Source: Myxococcaceae bacterium (GTDB lineage Bacteria; Myxococcota; Myxococcia; Myxococcales; Myxococcaceae). From it: DNA of 64,000 nucleotides. The stretch covers positions 15,534 through 79,533 of the forward strand of contig JADGRA010000012.1 of the NCBI GenBank assembly GCA_017881265.1. Reading direction: 5' to 3'. The notes under the pieces are model-generated. The model made no database searches, had not been told where the DNA came from, and worked only from the letters and a program-made list of their open reading frames with translations. Both the position numbers and the translations under genes were made by a program. This document shows positions 8,491-17,391 of the stretch, piece after piece. How positions within the stretch are numbered: the first letter of the stretch is position 1; the number at the start of each line of letters is the position of its first letter.

Positions 8491-10296
8491 ATGGCCGCCG
8501 TGCTCGAGCCCACCGCGTCGCTGGCCCCCGCCCAGGGAGGTGGCTTCCTCCTCGAGGAGGTTGGTCGCCGCCGCATCACCACGCCCGAGTCCTTCAGCGA
8601 GGAGCAGCGGCTGTACTTCAAGACGGCGCTGCAATTCTGCCGCGAGCAGGTGCTGCCGAAGGCCGCCGCCATCGAGGCGAAGGACAACGCCCTGTTGAAG
8701 TCCCTGGTGCGCCAGGCCGGGGAACTCGGGCTGCTTGGCCTCGACCTGCCCGAGGCCTACGGTGGCCTTCAGGCGGAGAAGACGACGTCCATGCTGGTGG
8801 CCGATGCCAATGGGCTGAATGGCAGCTGGAGCGTCACCTTCAGCGCGCACACCGGGATTGGGACACTTCCCATCGCCTGGTTCGGCACGGCCGAGCAAAA
8901 GCAGAAGTGGCTGCCGGCCCTGGCGAGCGGTGAGAAGGTGGCCGCCTACGCGCTCACCGAGCAGGGCAGTGGCTCGGACGCGCTGGGGGCGAAGACGAAG
9001 GCGGTCAAGTCGGCCGACGGGAAGTGGTGGGTCCTCAACGGGAGCAAGCTGTACATCACCAACGCTGCCTTCGCCGACGTCTTCATCGTCTTCGCCAAGG
9101 TGGACGGCGAGAAATTCACCGGCTTCGTCGTGGAACGGGGCGCGCCGGGATTCAGTGTGGGCCCGGAGGAACACAAGATGGGCATCCGGGGCTCCTCCAC
9201 CTGCCCGCTCTTCTTCGAGGACGCGCGCATCCCGGTGGGGAACGTGCTCGGGGAGATTGGCAAGGGGCACAAGATTGCCTTCAACATCCTCAACCTCGGC
9301 CGCCTCAAGCTGGGAGCCGCCGTTCTCGGCGGGATGAAGCACCAGTTGGAGAACGCCGTGCGCTTCGCCGCCGAGCGGAAGCAATTCAACACGCCGGTCG
9401 GCAAGTTTCCCCTGCTGCGCGAGAAGTTCGCGCGCATGGCCGGCGCCATCTACGCGGTGGAGTCGATGTGTTACCGGACGTCCGGCCTCATTGACGCGGC
9501 CCTGGCCAACCACGACCGGAGCGCGGCCGACTACGACGCGATGACCATCGCCGCCATCGAGGAGTTTGCGGTGGAGGCCTCCATCCTCAAGGTGGCCGGC
9601 AGCGAGGCCCTCGGGCTGGTGGTGGACGACGCCGTGCAAATCCACGGTGGCGCGGGCTTCATCGAGGACTACCCGGTGGAGCGGGCCTACCGCGACGCGC
9701 GCATCAACCGCATTTTCGAGGGCACCAACGAAATCAACCGCATGCTGGTGACCGGCATGCTGCTCAAGCGCGCCGCCAAGGGGGCCCTCCCGCTGTTTGC
9801 CCACGCCGAGGCGGTGGAGCGCGCCCTGGCTGCCAAGGCCGGACCCGCCCCCGTGGGCCGGGATGCGCTGGCGACGGCGGCGCAGACCGCCGAGTCCCTC
9901 AAGTGGCTGGCGGTGGTGGCCCTCAGGGCTGCCGTGGAAGCCTTCGGGACGGACCAGGAGAAGCACCAGGAGGTGCTGGGCACCGTCTCGGACATCGTCA
10001 TCGACGCCTACGCGGTGGACTCCATGGTGACGCGCACCCGACAGGCGGCCGGCGCTGGTGGGCAGGACCCGGTGCGGGTGGCGATGACGACGGCCTACGC
10101 CGTCGAGGCGCACGCCCGTGGCACCGACCGGGCCCGGCGCGCGCTGTGCGCCTGCGCCGAGGGTGCAGCGCTCGAGCTGCAACTGGTCCGCATTGCCCCC
10201 CTCATCCAGTTCCGCCCGTATGCCCCCGCGACGCTGCGGGAGACGGTGGTGGCTGCCATCGAGACCGCCGGCGGTTACCCGGCGGCCGTGACCTGA
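8491..10296 (+). CDS. Long-form acyl-CoA dehydrogenase (~600 aa, VLCAD/FadE-like with C-terminal extension)
   Basis: YALTEQGSGSDA, YITNAAFADVFIVFAK, GIRGSSTCPLFFED, IHGGAGFIEDYPVERAYRDARINRIFEGTNEI are ACAD N/M/C-domain signatures. ATG 8491 is preferred over the TTG at 8455 because AGAGGTG lies 6 nt upstream. Confidence 0.9.
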   Translation: MAAVLEPTASLAPAQGGGFLLEEVGRRRITTPESFSEEQRLYFKTALQFCREQVLPKAAAIEAKDNALLKSLVRQAGELGLLGLDLPEAYGGLQAEKTTSMLVADANGLNGSWSVTFSAHTGIGTLPIAWFGTAEQKQKWLPALASGEKVAAYALTEQGSGSDALGAKTKAVKSADGKWWVLNGSKLYITNAAFADVFIVFAKVDGEKFTGFVVERGAPGFSVGPEEHKMGIRGSSTCPLFFEDARIPVGNVLGEIGKGHKIAFNILNLGRLKLGAAVLGGMKHQLENAVRFAAERKQFNTPVGKFPLLREKFARMAGAIYAVESMCYRTSGLIDAALANHDRSAADYDAMTIAAIEEFAVEASILKVAGSEALGLVVDDAVQIHGGAGFIEDYPVERAYRDARINRIFEGTNEINRMLVTGMLLKRAAKGALPLFAHAEAVERALAAKAGPAPVGRDALATAAQTAESLKWLAVVALRAAVEAFGTDQEKHQEVLGTVSDIVIDAYAVDSMVTRTRQAAGAGGQDPVRVAMTTAYAVEAHARGTDRARRALCACAEGAALELQLVRIAPLIQFRPYAPATLRETVVAAIETAGGYPAAVT

Positions 10297-10450
10297 GCCA
10301 GCCGGGCTGGCGAGCCGCCCGAAGAGGCCCTCGTGCCTTTGGACGCGCGGCCCCGGAACACGGTAACCGTGCTTCAGGCAGGTCGACCGCCCCCTCTGCG
10401 CGGCGCGCGCCGAGGCGCCCGCCCAGGAGACGGCCAAGGCGAGGAGCACC

Positions 10451-10858
10451 ATGGCAAAGCATGTCAGCGGGACCTTCGATGTGAAGCTGGTGCCCCAAGG
10501 GGCGGACGACAAGGCGGAGGGGGCGACGCTCGGCCGGCTCTCCATCGACAAGCACTACCACCGGGCCCTGGAAGCAACCGGGGAGGGCCAGATGCTCACC
10601 GCCGTGACGGACGTGAAGGGGTCGGCCGGTTACGTCGCCATCGGGCGCGTCACGGGCACCCTGGACGGCCGGGCCGGCAGCTTCGTGCTGCAGCATTCGG
10701 GGACGATGAGTACGGCGGGCGGCCAGCAGCTCAGCATCACCGTGGTGCCGGCTTCCGGCACGGGGCAGCTGCGCGGAATTGTGGGAAGGCTGTCGGGGAA
10801 GATTGTCGACGGACAGTACTTCTACGACTTCGAGTACACGCTGCCCGACGCGCGCTGA
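10451..10858 (+). CDS. DUF3224-family protein
   Basis: 135 aa. The pattern GTFDVKL...G...[21 protein letters not shown]...GSAGYVA.ERVTGTL.GR.GSFVLQH.G matches DUF3224 proteins from memory. GAGGAGCACC precedes the ATG. Confidence 0.75.
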   Translation: MAKHVSGTFDVKLVPQGADDKAEGATLGRLSIDKHYHRALEATGEGQMLTAVTDVKGSAGYVAIGRVTGTLDGRAGSFVLQHSGTMSTAGGQQLSITVVPASGTGQLRGIVGRLSGKIVDGQYFYDFEYTLPDAR

Positions 10859-11022
10859 CACGCGCCGCCAGTGCTGGTCTGCGCCCTTGCAGGAAATGCG
10901 CGGGCGCGCTTCAGCGTCGCAGAAGCTGCGCCGCGCCTCGGTCGGGGTGGGGCAGGTGCCCTGGACAATTGCGCAAGTTCTGACGTCTCGCGGCATGGCC
11001 GCTGCAACACCCATGCTCCGGT

Positions 11023-12159
11023 ATGAGAGGCATTCTCCGCATTGGCTACCGGCTTCTCGTCAACGACCGGGGGAAGTTCATCGCGCTGCTGCTCGGAATC
11101 ACCTTCTCGGTGTTCCTGATGATTCAGGTGACGTCGATGTTCGCGGGCATGATGAAGAAGGCCAGCGCGACGGTGACCAACACCGGGGCGAAGATGTGGG
11201 TGCTGGACTCGTCCGTCACCAACGTGGCCTCCAGCATTCCGCTGCCGGACTACGTGCTGGATGCGGTGCGCAGCATCCACGGGGTGAAGTACGCGGTGCC
11301 GCTGTACTCCGGGGCAGGACTGGTCAGGCTCAAGGACGGCACCTACCAAGCGGTCAGCATCCTCGGCCTCGACGACACAAGCCTCTTTGGGCGGCCGGTG
11401 CTGCTGCAAGGGCAAATCTCCGACATCTACGCCGAGAACGGCTTCCTCGTCGTCAAGGACGAGGAGTTCGGCAAGCTGCACAACCCCGGCATCGGGACCG
11501 AGTTCGAGATTAACGACAACCGTGGCGTCATCGTCGGCATCGCCAAGGTGCCGGCCAGCGGCCTCTTCGGCATGCCGACGCTCTACACGACGTTCAGCCG
11601 CGCCGTTCAGTACATCCCGTCCATGCGCTACACCGTCTCCTACATCCTGGTGGAGCCGGCGAGCGATGCGGCCATTCCGGGCATCAAGCAGGAAGTGGCG
11701 AAACTCGGCTACGAGAGTCTCACCGAGGCCGAGTTCATCGACAAAATCACCCACTGGTACATGTTCGGAACTGGGATGGGCATCAACCTGCTCATCATGA
11801 CCGGCATCAGCTTCGTCGTCGGCCTCTCCATCTCCGGGCAGACCTTCTACACCTTCGTCTTGGAGAACCTGGAGAAGTTCGGCGCGCTGAAGGCCATCGG
11901 CGCCAAGGGACGCGAACTGGTCTACATGATTCTGTTTCAGGCCGGGATCACGGCGCTGGCCGGCTACGGGCTGGGCGTCGGCCTGTGCGCGCTGCTCATC
12001 GCGCTGGCCAAGTTCCGGGTGCGCGACTACGCGTCCATCATCACCTTCAACAACCTCGGGATGGCGCTGGGGATGGTGTTGGTCATCGCCAGCCTCTCCA
12101 GCTACTTCGCCGTGCGAAGGGTCCTGCGCATCGAGCCCTTCGACATCTTCCGGGGATGA
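11023..12159 (+). CDS. ABC exporter permease, FtsX/MacB-like (DevC-type)
   Basis: 378 aa. An N-terminal TM is followed by a large periplasmic domain and three C-terminal TMs (FtsX fold). The stop overlaps the ATPase start (ATGA). Confidence 0.85.
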   Translation: MRGILRIGYRLLVNDRGKFIALLLGITFSVFLMIQVTSMFAGMMKKASATVTNTGAKMWVLDSSVTNVASSIPLPDYVLDAVRSIHGVKYAVPLYSGAGLVRLKDGTYQAVSILGLDDTSLFGRPVLLQGQISDIYAENGFLVVKDEEFGKLHNPGIGTEFEINDNRGVIVGIAKVPASGLFGMPTLYTTFSRAVQYIPSMRYTVSYILVEPASDAAIPGIKQEVAKLGYESLTEAEFIDKITHWYMFGTGMGINLLIMTGISFVVGLSISGQTFYTFVLENLEKFGALKAIGAKGRELVYMILFQAGITALAGYGLGVGLCALLIALAKFRVRDYASIITFNNLGMALGMVLVIASLSSYFAVRRVLRIEPFDIFRG

Positions 12160-12860
12160 CGGTGGGCGTGGCCATCCAAGCCGTCGGGTTGAGCAAGTGG
12201 TTCGGGAGCGGCGAGACGCGCACCCAGGCCGTCAAGGACGTCAGCTTCGAGGCCGCCTTCCACGAGATGCTGTACATCGTCGGACCGTCCGGGAGCGGAA
12301 AGACGACGCTGCTCAGCATGCTGTCGGGCATTCTCAGGCCGAGCGCCGGCTCCGTGCGCGTCGAGGGCGTCGACATCTGGGCACTCGACGAGAACCGCAT
12401 CGCGGATTTTCGCCTGCACAAGGTGGGGTTCGTCTTTCAGGACTACCACCTGTTCAACAAGCTCACGACGGTCGAGAACGTCGCCATCCCCCTCATCCTC
12501 AGGGGACAGGACTGGAATGATTCGCTGAAGGAGGGCCAGAAGTACCTGGAGGTGGTCGGTCTGGCCAACCGGGCCAACCTGCCGCCGTCGAAGCTCAGCG
12601 GTGGCGAGCAGCAACGGGTGGCCATCGCCCGTGCCATCGTCAGCGCGCCGGACATCCTCATCTTCGATGAACCGACCGCCTCACTTGACGGAGACACCGG
12701 CCGGAAAATCCTCGAATTCGTGCGGACGAAGGTGCTCACCGAGCAGCGCTGCATTCTCACTGTCACGCACGATGACCGCATCTACGAGTACGCGGACCGC
12801 ATCCTGAAGATGGAGGACGGTCGTCTCATTGGAAGCGAGAAGGGCGGCGCCCATGCGTAA
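12156..12860 (+). CDS. ABC transporter ATP-binding protein (DevA/MacB-NBD-like)
   Basis: Walker A GPSGSGKTT, Q-loop, signature LSGGEQQRVAIARA, Walker B ILIFDEPTASLD, H-loop VTHD. ATG 12156 overlaps the upstream TGA. Confidence 0.92.
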   Translation: MTVGVAIQAVGLSKWFGSGETRTQAVKDVSFEAAFHEMLYIVGPSGSGKTTLLSMLSGILRPSAGSVRVEGVDIWALDENRIADFRLHKVGFVFQDYHLFNKLTTVENVAIPLILRGQDWNDSLKEGQKYLEVVGLANRANLPPSKLSGGEQQRVAIARAIVSAPDILIFDEPTASLDGDTGRKILEFVRTKVLTEQRCILTVTHDDRIYEYADRILKMEDGRLIGSEKGGAHA

Positions 12861-13983
12861 CAAGGTCATCTTCGTGCTGGTTGGCCTGGGGATTGCCGCG
12901 GGCATCGCCAGCGCGGTCATCTACTCGGCGCCCAAGAAGCCGCAGCCGCCCGTCTTCAGCCCGGCCCCCAACCCGTTTCCCAAGGGCATCTACGCGAACG
13001 GCATCATCGAGAGCTACCAGACCAGCGGCGAGAACACGAACATCTACCCCGAGGTCCCGGGCGTGGTGACCCACATCCTGGTCACCGAGGGCGAGCGGGT
13101 AAAGCAGGGTACGCCGCTGTTGCAGCTCGACGACTCGGTGCAGCGGGCCAACGTCGAGCAGCTCGAGTCGCAGGCCGAGGCGGCCCGGGCGGTGCTGGGA
13201 GAGCTGAAGGCCCAGCCCCGCAAGGAGATCCTGGAGGTGGTGCGCGCGCAGGCCGAGCTCGCCGCCGCCAATCTCAAGACGGCCCAGGACCAGCTCGACA
13301 AGCTGAGCCGCTCCATCGAGCTCGAGCCCAAGTCGGTGAGCAAGGACGCCTACGACAATGCGAAGAATGCCACCCAGGTGGCAAGGGCGAACGTGGAGGT
13401 GGCCCAGCGACAGCTGGCGCTGACGCGGGCCGGTGCCTGGGTGTTCGACATCCACAACCAGCAGAAGCAGTACGAGGCGCTCACCAAGGCGGTGGCCTCG
13501 GCGAGCGCGCTGCTGGCCAAGTTCACGCTGCGGGCCCCGTACGACGGGACGGTGCTGTCCATCGCGACGGCGGTGGGGAGCTACATCTCCTCGCAGGGCG
13601 CCTACGGCACCTACACCCAAGGCTTCGGGCCCGTGGTGGTGCTGGGGACGGGGTCGGGCGCGGGCTCCGCGGGGTACCTCGCCGTGCGCTGCTACATCGA
13701 CGAGATTCTCATCCCGCGGCTCCCGCCGCCGGCGGACATCCACGCGCGGATGTTCATCCGCGGAACCAGCATCAGCGTGCCGCTCGAGTTCGTCCGGATG
13801 CAGCCGTACGTCTCGCCGAAAATCCAGCTCTCCAACGCACGCACTGAGAAGGTCGATGTCCGCGTGCTGCCCGTCATCTTCCGCTTCGCGCCGCCGCCGG
13901 GCGTCGAGGTGTTCCCGGGTCAGCTGGTGGACGTCTACGTCGGCGACAAGGAAAGCGTTCGTGTCTTCGTCGGGGCCAAGTAG
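12853..13983 (+). CDS. HlyD-family membrane fusion (periplasmic adaptor) protein (DevB-like)
   Basis: N-terminal TM (VIFVLVGLGIAAGIASAVIY), lipoyl-like half motifs (GVVTHILVTEGERVKQGTPLLQLD ... LRAPYDGTVLSI) and a long coiled-coil between them. ATG 12853 overlaps the ATPase end by 8 nt. Confidence 0.85.
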   Translation: MRNKVIFVLVGLGIAAGIASAVIYSAPKKPQPPVFSPAPNPFPKGIYANGIIESYQTSGENTNIYPEVPGVVTHILVTEGERVKQGTPLLQLDDSVQRANVEQLESQAEAARAVLGELKAQPRKEILEVVRAQAELAAANLKTAQDQLDKLSRSIELEPKSVSKDAYDNAKNATQVARANVEVAQRQLALTRAGAWVFDIHNQQKQYEALTKAVASASALLAKFTLRAPYDGTVLSIATAVGSYISSQGAYGTYTQGFGPVVVLGTGSGAGSAGYLAVRCYIDEILIPRLPPPADIHARMFIRGTSISVPLEFVRMQPYVSPKIQLSNARTEKVDVRVLPVIFRFAPPPGVEVFPGQLVDVYVGDKESVRVFVGAK

Positions 13984-15439
13984 CCGCCCCCGGTTAGCGG
14001 CCCTGCTGCTGGGGTTGGCGGGCTGCGCCGTCGGGCCCAACTTCGTGCGCCCGGAGGCTCCGCCCGACGCCGGCTACTCGGCCGACGCCACCGAGACGGC
14101 CACCGTGGCGGCCGACGGCACGGTGCAGCGCATCAGTGTGCAGCAGAAGCTCCAGGCGGACTGGTGGCGCCTGTTGGGCTGCCCGCGTCTGGACGCCCTG
14201 GTGGCGGAGGCCATCGCCCACAACCCCACCGTCGAGGCGGCTCAGGCGAGCCTCCGCCGCAGCGAGGACAACCTGCGGGCCGGCTACGGCGTCTTCTACC
14301 CCCAGCTGGACGCGCAGGCCGGGCTATCGCGGCAGCAGTACAACCCAGAGAAGCTGGGCCAGAAGCAGCCGAGCACCACCTTCAACCTCTTCACCGTGTC
14401 CGGCAGCATCAGCTACACCCTCGACATCTGGGGCGGCCAGCGGCGGCAGGTGGAGTCCCTGTCCGCCTCGGTGGAGGCGCAGCGCGACGCCCTGCTCGGC
14501 ACCTACCTGGTGCTATCGAGCAACGTGGTGAATGCCGCCCTGGCCCAGGCCGGCTACCGAGAGCAAGTGCGGGCCACCGAGGAGCTGCTGCGGCTGCTGA
14601 AGGAGCAGCTGGCCATCACAGCCACCCAGGCCGAGGCCGGGATTGTCCCGTACGCCACGGCGTTGACGCTGGAGACGAGCGTGGCCAGCACCGAGGCCAC
14701 CTTGCCGCCGCTGCGCCAAAGAATCGACGAGACGCAGGACCTGCTCGCCGCCCTGGTGGGCCGCACGCCCGCGGACTGGAAGCAGTCCCCCTTCGCGCTC
14801 GGCGACTTCACCCTGCCCGGCGAGGTGCCCCTCTCCCTACCGTCGGAGCTCGTGCGCCAGCGGCCGGACGTGCTGACGGCGGAGGCGCAGTTGCACAGCG
14901 CGAACGCACAGATTGGCGTGACGACGGCGGCCATGCTCCCCAACATCACCCTGAGCGGCAACCTCGGCCTGGCCAGCGCGGACGCCACGCAGCTGTTCTC
15001 CGCCGCCAGCGGCTTCTGGGGCCTGGCCGCCGGCCTGACGCAGCCCCTCTTCCACGGCGGCACCCTGTACTATCAAAACCAGGCCTCCATCGACGCGCGC
15101 GACCAGGCCGCCGCCACCTACCGCCAGACGGTGCTCTCGGCCTTCGAGCAGGTGGCCGACACGCTGCGCGCCCTCGGCCATGACGCCGAGGCGGTACAGG
15201 CGCAACTCCGGGCCGTCCAGTCCTCGGCGGAGGCGCTGCGGCTCATCCAGGCCAATTACGAGAGCGGCGTGGCCACCTACATCCAGGTGCTGCTGGCCGA
15301 CACGCAGGCCCTGCAATCGCAGCTGGGCTACATCCAGGCCAAGACGCAGCGGCTGCAGGACACGGTGGCGCTGTACGTGGCCCTGGGCGGCGGCTGGTGG
15401 AACGCGCCACAGCCAGTGGCCGGCGCACCCGCCAAGTGA
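13961..15439 (+). CDS. Outer-membrane efflux lipoprotein, NodT/OprM (TolC) family
   Basis: Track ORF 13433..15439 trimmed to GTG 13961 (overlaps the MFP gene by 23 nt). The lipobox LLLGLAGC is followed by VGPNFVRPE and WW..L....LD.L...A...N, the classic NodT N-terminus. Two OEP repeats. Confidence 0.85.
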   Translation: MSSSGPSSRPRLAALLLGLAGCAVGPNFVRPEAPPDAGYSADATETATVAADGTVQRISVQQKLQADWWRLLGCPRLDALVAEAIAHNPTVEAAQASLRRSEDNLRAGYGVFYPQLDAQAGLSRQQYNPEKLGQKQPSTTFNLFTVSGSISYTLDIWGGQRRQVESLSASVEAQRDALLGTYLVLSSNVVNAALAQAGYREQVRATEELLRLLKEQLAITATQAEAGIVPYATALTLETSVASTEATLPPLRQRIDETQDLLAALVGRTPADWKQSPFALGDFTLPGEVPLSLPSELVRQRPDVLTAEAQLHSANAQIGVTTAAMLPNITLSGNLGLASADATQLFSAASGFWGLAAGLTQPLFHGGTLYYQNQASIDARDQAAATYRQTVLSAFEQVADTLRALGHDAEAVQAQLRAVQSSAEALRLIQANYESGVATYIQVLLADTQALQSQLGYIQAKTQRLQDTVALYVALGGGWWNAPQPVAGAPAK

Positions 15440-15458
15440 GGGGAGGGCGCGGGTCCCG

Positions 15459-15590
15459 TCAGCTGCACTCGTGGACGGCCACCACCAGGACGGCCACAAA
15501 CAGCACCCACCACACCAGGCCGCGGACAAACCACGGACGTCGGGGCGCCGCGGGGGCGCCGGGCAGGGGCGGTGGGGTGTCGGGGGACAT
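15459..15590 (-). CDS. Possible 43-aa single-TM protein downstream of the ECF sigma gene
   Basis: MSPDTPPPLPGAPAAPRRPWFVRGLVWWVLFVAVLVVAVHECS. Very high GC3, 44 nt after the sigma-factor stop on the same strand. No homology recognised. Confidence 0.35.
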   Translation of the reverse strand: MSPDTPPPLPGAPAAPRRPWFVRGLVWWVLFVAVLVVAVHECS

Positions 15591-15634
15591 GGGCCAGGGG
15601 AAGGCTACTCCCGTCCCGGGGCCCGCCGCGCGTT

Positions 15635-16870
15635 TCAGCCGAGGGAGAGAAGGCGGCGTTCCAGGTAGCGGCGCTCGGCCGGGTTTCGCACCAGCGCCAG
15701 CGCGGCGGCATAGGCGGCTCGGGCCTCGGACAGCCGTCCGGCGCGCCGGAGCAGGTCGGCGCGCGCCGCCGGCAGCAGGTGGTAGCCCGAGAGTTCCTCG
15801 CGCGTGCTGAGCAGGTCCATCCAGGCCAGTCCCTGCTCCGGGCCCTCGGCCATGGCCAGGGCGACGGCGGCATTGAGTTCCACGACCGGGGTGGGGAGAA
15901 AGCGCAGCAGGGCGCCGTAGAGGACGGCAATCTGCTGCCAGTCCGTGTCCTCGGCCCGCGGGGCACCGGCGTGCAGTGCGGCGACCGCGGCCTGCAGCTG
16001 GTAGGGCCCGGGCCGTCGGCTGGCGACGGCCTCGTCGAGCAGCGCCGTCCCCTCGCCGATGGCCGCGGCGTCCCAGCGCGTCCGGTCCTGCTCCTCCAGC
16101 GGCACCAGCACCCCGTCCGGCCCGAGACGCGCCTCGCGCCGCGCGTCGTGCAGCAGCATGAGGGCGAGGAGACCGCGGGCCTCGGGCTCCTGAGGCAACA
16201 ACTCCACGAGGAGGCGCCCCAGCCGGATGGCCTCGGCGCAGAGGTCCGGGCGCAAAAGTCCCTGCTGTTCCGTGGAGGCGTAGCCCTCGTTGAAGACCAG
16301 GTACACCACCGAAAGGACGGCCTCCAGCCGCTGCGGGAAGACGTCGGGTCGGGGAATTTCGTAGGGGATGGCCGCGTCGCGAATCTTCCGCTTGGCCCGC
16401 ACCAGCCGCTGTGCGGCGGTGGACTCGGGCTCGACGAAGGCGCGGGCAATCTCGCGTGTAGACAGCCCGCACAGGGTCCGCAGGGCCAGGGCCACCTGGG
16501 CCGGTTGCGCCAGCGCCGGGTGGCAGCAGGTGAAGAGGAGGCGCAGCCGGTCATCCTCGACGCCGGAGATGGCGGCCGGGTCCTCCTCGGGCTCGGCCGC
16601 CACCGCCGTCTCCGACGCCAGCTCAGACACCGCCAGGGTGCTCGACCGCCGCCTGCGCACGAGGTCCACCGCGCACCGGCGGGCGACGGTGGTGAGCCAG
16701 GCCCCGGGACGTTCCGGCAGCCCGTCCTTGGGCCAGCGGGAGGCCGCGCGGGCGCAGGCCTCCTGCAGGGCATCCTCGGCCAATTCGAAGTCGCCGCAGG
16801 TGCGGATGAGCGCGGCCAGCACCCGACCGCTCTCCCGCCGGAAGACTTCGTCGATGAGCCGGTCGAGCAC
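15635..16870 (-). CDS. ECF sigma factor with long C-terminal TPR-like extension (ECF42-type)
   Basis: Sigma2 region (ALQEACARAASRWPKDGLPERPGAWLTTVARRCAVDLVRRRR) and sigma4 region (LLFTCCHPALAQPAQVALALRTLCGLSTREIARAFVEPESTAAQRLVRAKRKI). A ~220-aa helical extension follows (YQLQAAVAALHA...). The adjacent YCII/DGPF gene is the signature ECF42 context. Confidence 0.85.
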   Translation of the reverse strand: MLDRLIDEVFRRESGRVLAALIRTCGDFELAEDALQEACARAASRWPKDGLPERPGAWLTTVARRCAVDLVRRRRSSTLAVSELASETAVAAEPEEDPAAISGVEDDRLRLLFTCCHPALAQPAQVALALRTLCGLSTREIARAFVEPESTAAQRLVRAKRKIRDAAIPYEIPRPDVFPQRLEAVLSVVYLVFNEGYASTEQQGLLRPDLCAEAIRLGRLLVELLPQEPEARGLLALMLLHDARREARLGPDGVLVPLEEQDRTRWDAAAIGEGTALLDEAVASRRPGPYQLQAAVAALHAGAPRAEDTDWQQIAVLYGALLRFLPTPVVELNAAVALAMAEGPEQGLAWMDLLSTREELSGYHLLPAARADLLRRAGRLSEARAAYAAALALVRNPAERRYLERRLLSLG

Positions 16871-16888
16871 TTCGCAGGCCCCGGTGCC

Positions 16889-17245
16889 CTAGCTCTTGGT
16901 CCGGTCCGGAAGGGGCCGCACCTCCATCGAGCCGGTGAGTGCCCCCGGGCACTTGGCGGCCCACTCGAGCGCCTTCTCGAGGTTGGGGACTTCAATGACG
17001 TAGTAGCCGCCGAGCTGCTCCTTGGTCTCGGCGAAGGGCCCGTCCACCGTCGTCACCTTCCCGTTGCGGACCCGGACGGTGGTGGCTGCCGACGTCGGCT
17101 TGAGCTCCGAGCCGCCGCGCATGACACCGGCGTCGACCAGCGCCTGGCTGTACTTCATGTAGTCCGCGTACATGGAGTTGAGTTGGCCGGGGGGCAGCTT
17201 CGTCCACACCCGCTCGTCGCCGTAGATGAGAAGCATGTATTGCAT
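16889..17245 (-). CDS. YCII-related (DGPF) domain protein
   Basis: Track ORF trimmed to ATG 17245, with AAGGAG 9 nt upstream. MQYMLLIYGDE...VDGPFAETKEQLGGYYVIEV...A.EWAAKCP is the YCII/DGPF pattern. Confidence 0.85.
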   Translation of the reverse strand: MQYMLLIYGDERVWTKLPPGQLNSMYADYMKYSQALVDAGVMRGGSELKPTSAATTVRVRNGKVTTVDGPFAETKEQLGGYYVIEVPNLEKALEWAAKCPGALTGSMEVRPLPDRTKS

Positions 17246-17292
17246 GTGGGGTGACTCCTTCTTGTGCTCTCGGTCCATCCGAGATTGCCCCC

Positions 17293-17321
17293 ACGACGCA
17301 GGTGGGGGCCTTATTTCGACA
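17293..17321 (-). promoter_or_regulatory. Candidate ECF42-type promoter upstream of the YCII-sigma operon
   Basis: The minus strand reads TGTCGA-N17-CGTCGT, ending about 48 nt upstream of the YCII ATG. From memory this resembles the TGTCGA / CGTC elements reported for ECF41/42 target promoters. No experimental support. Confidence 0.4.
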
Positions 17322-17391
17322 GTCGGCCCTGGGACGGAGGGTCCGCGGTGGGCCGCGCAGGCGGGCGGCGTGCCTCCCTGTGGCCCCGGCG

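Noticed and set aside
10881-10908. GCGCCC...GGGCGC inverted repeat after the DUF3224 gene, considered as a terminator.
   Set aside because: Only a 6-bp stem, a long loop and no U-tract. It is indistinguishable from random GC-rich palindromes.
10955-10975. Sigma-54-like TGG...TTGC strings: CTGGACAATTGCGC upstream of the DevC-like gene, and CTGGCGAGAATTGCC near 36085 in the ddl-ftsQ spacer.
   Set aside because: The GG-to-GC spacing is 2-4 nt too short relative to the TGGCAC-N5-TTGC consensus, and no enhancer-binding protein gene is nearby.
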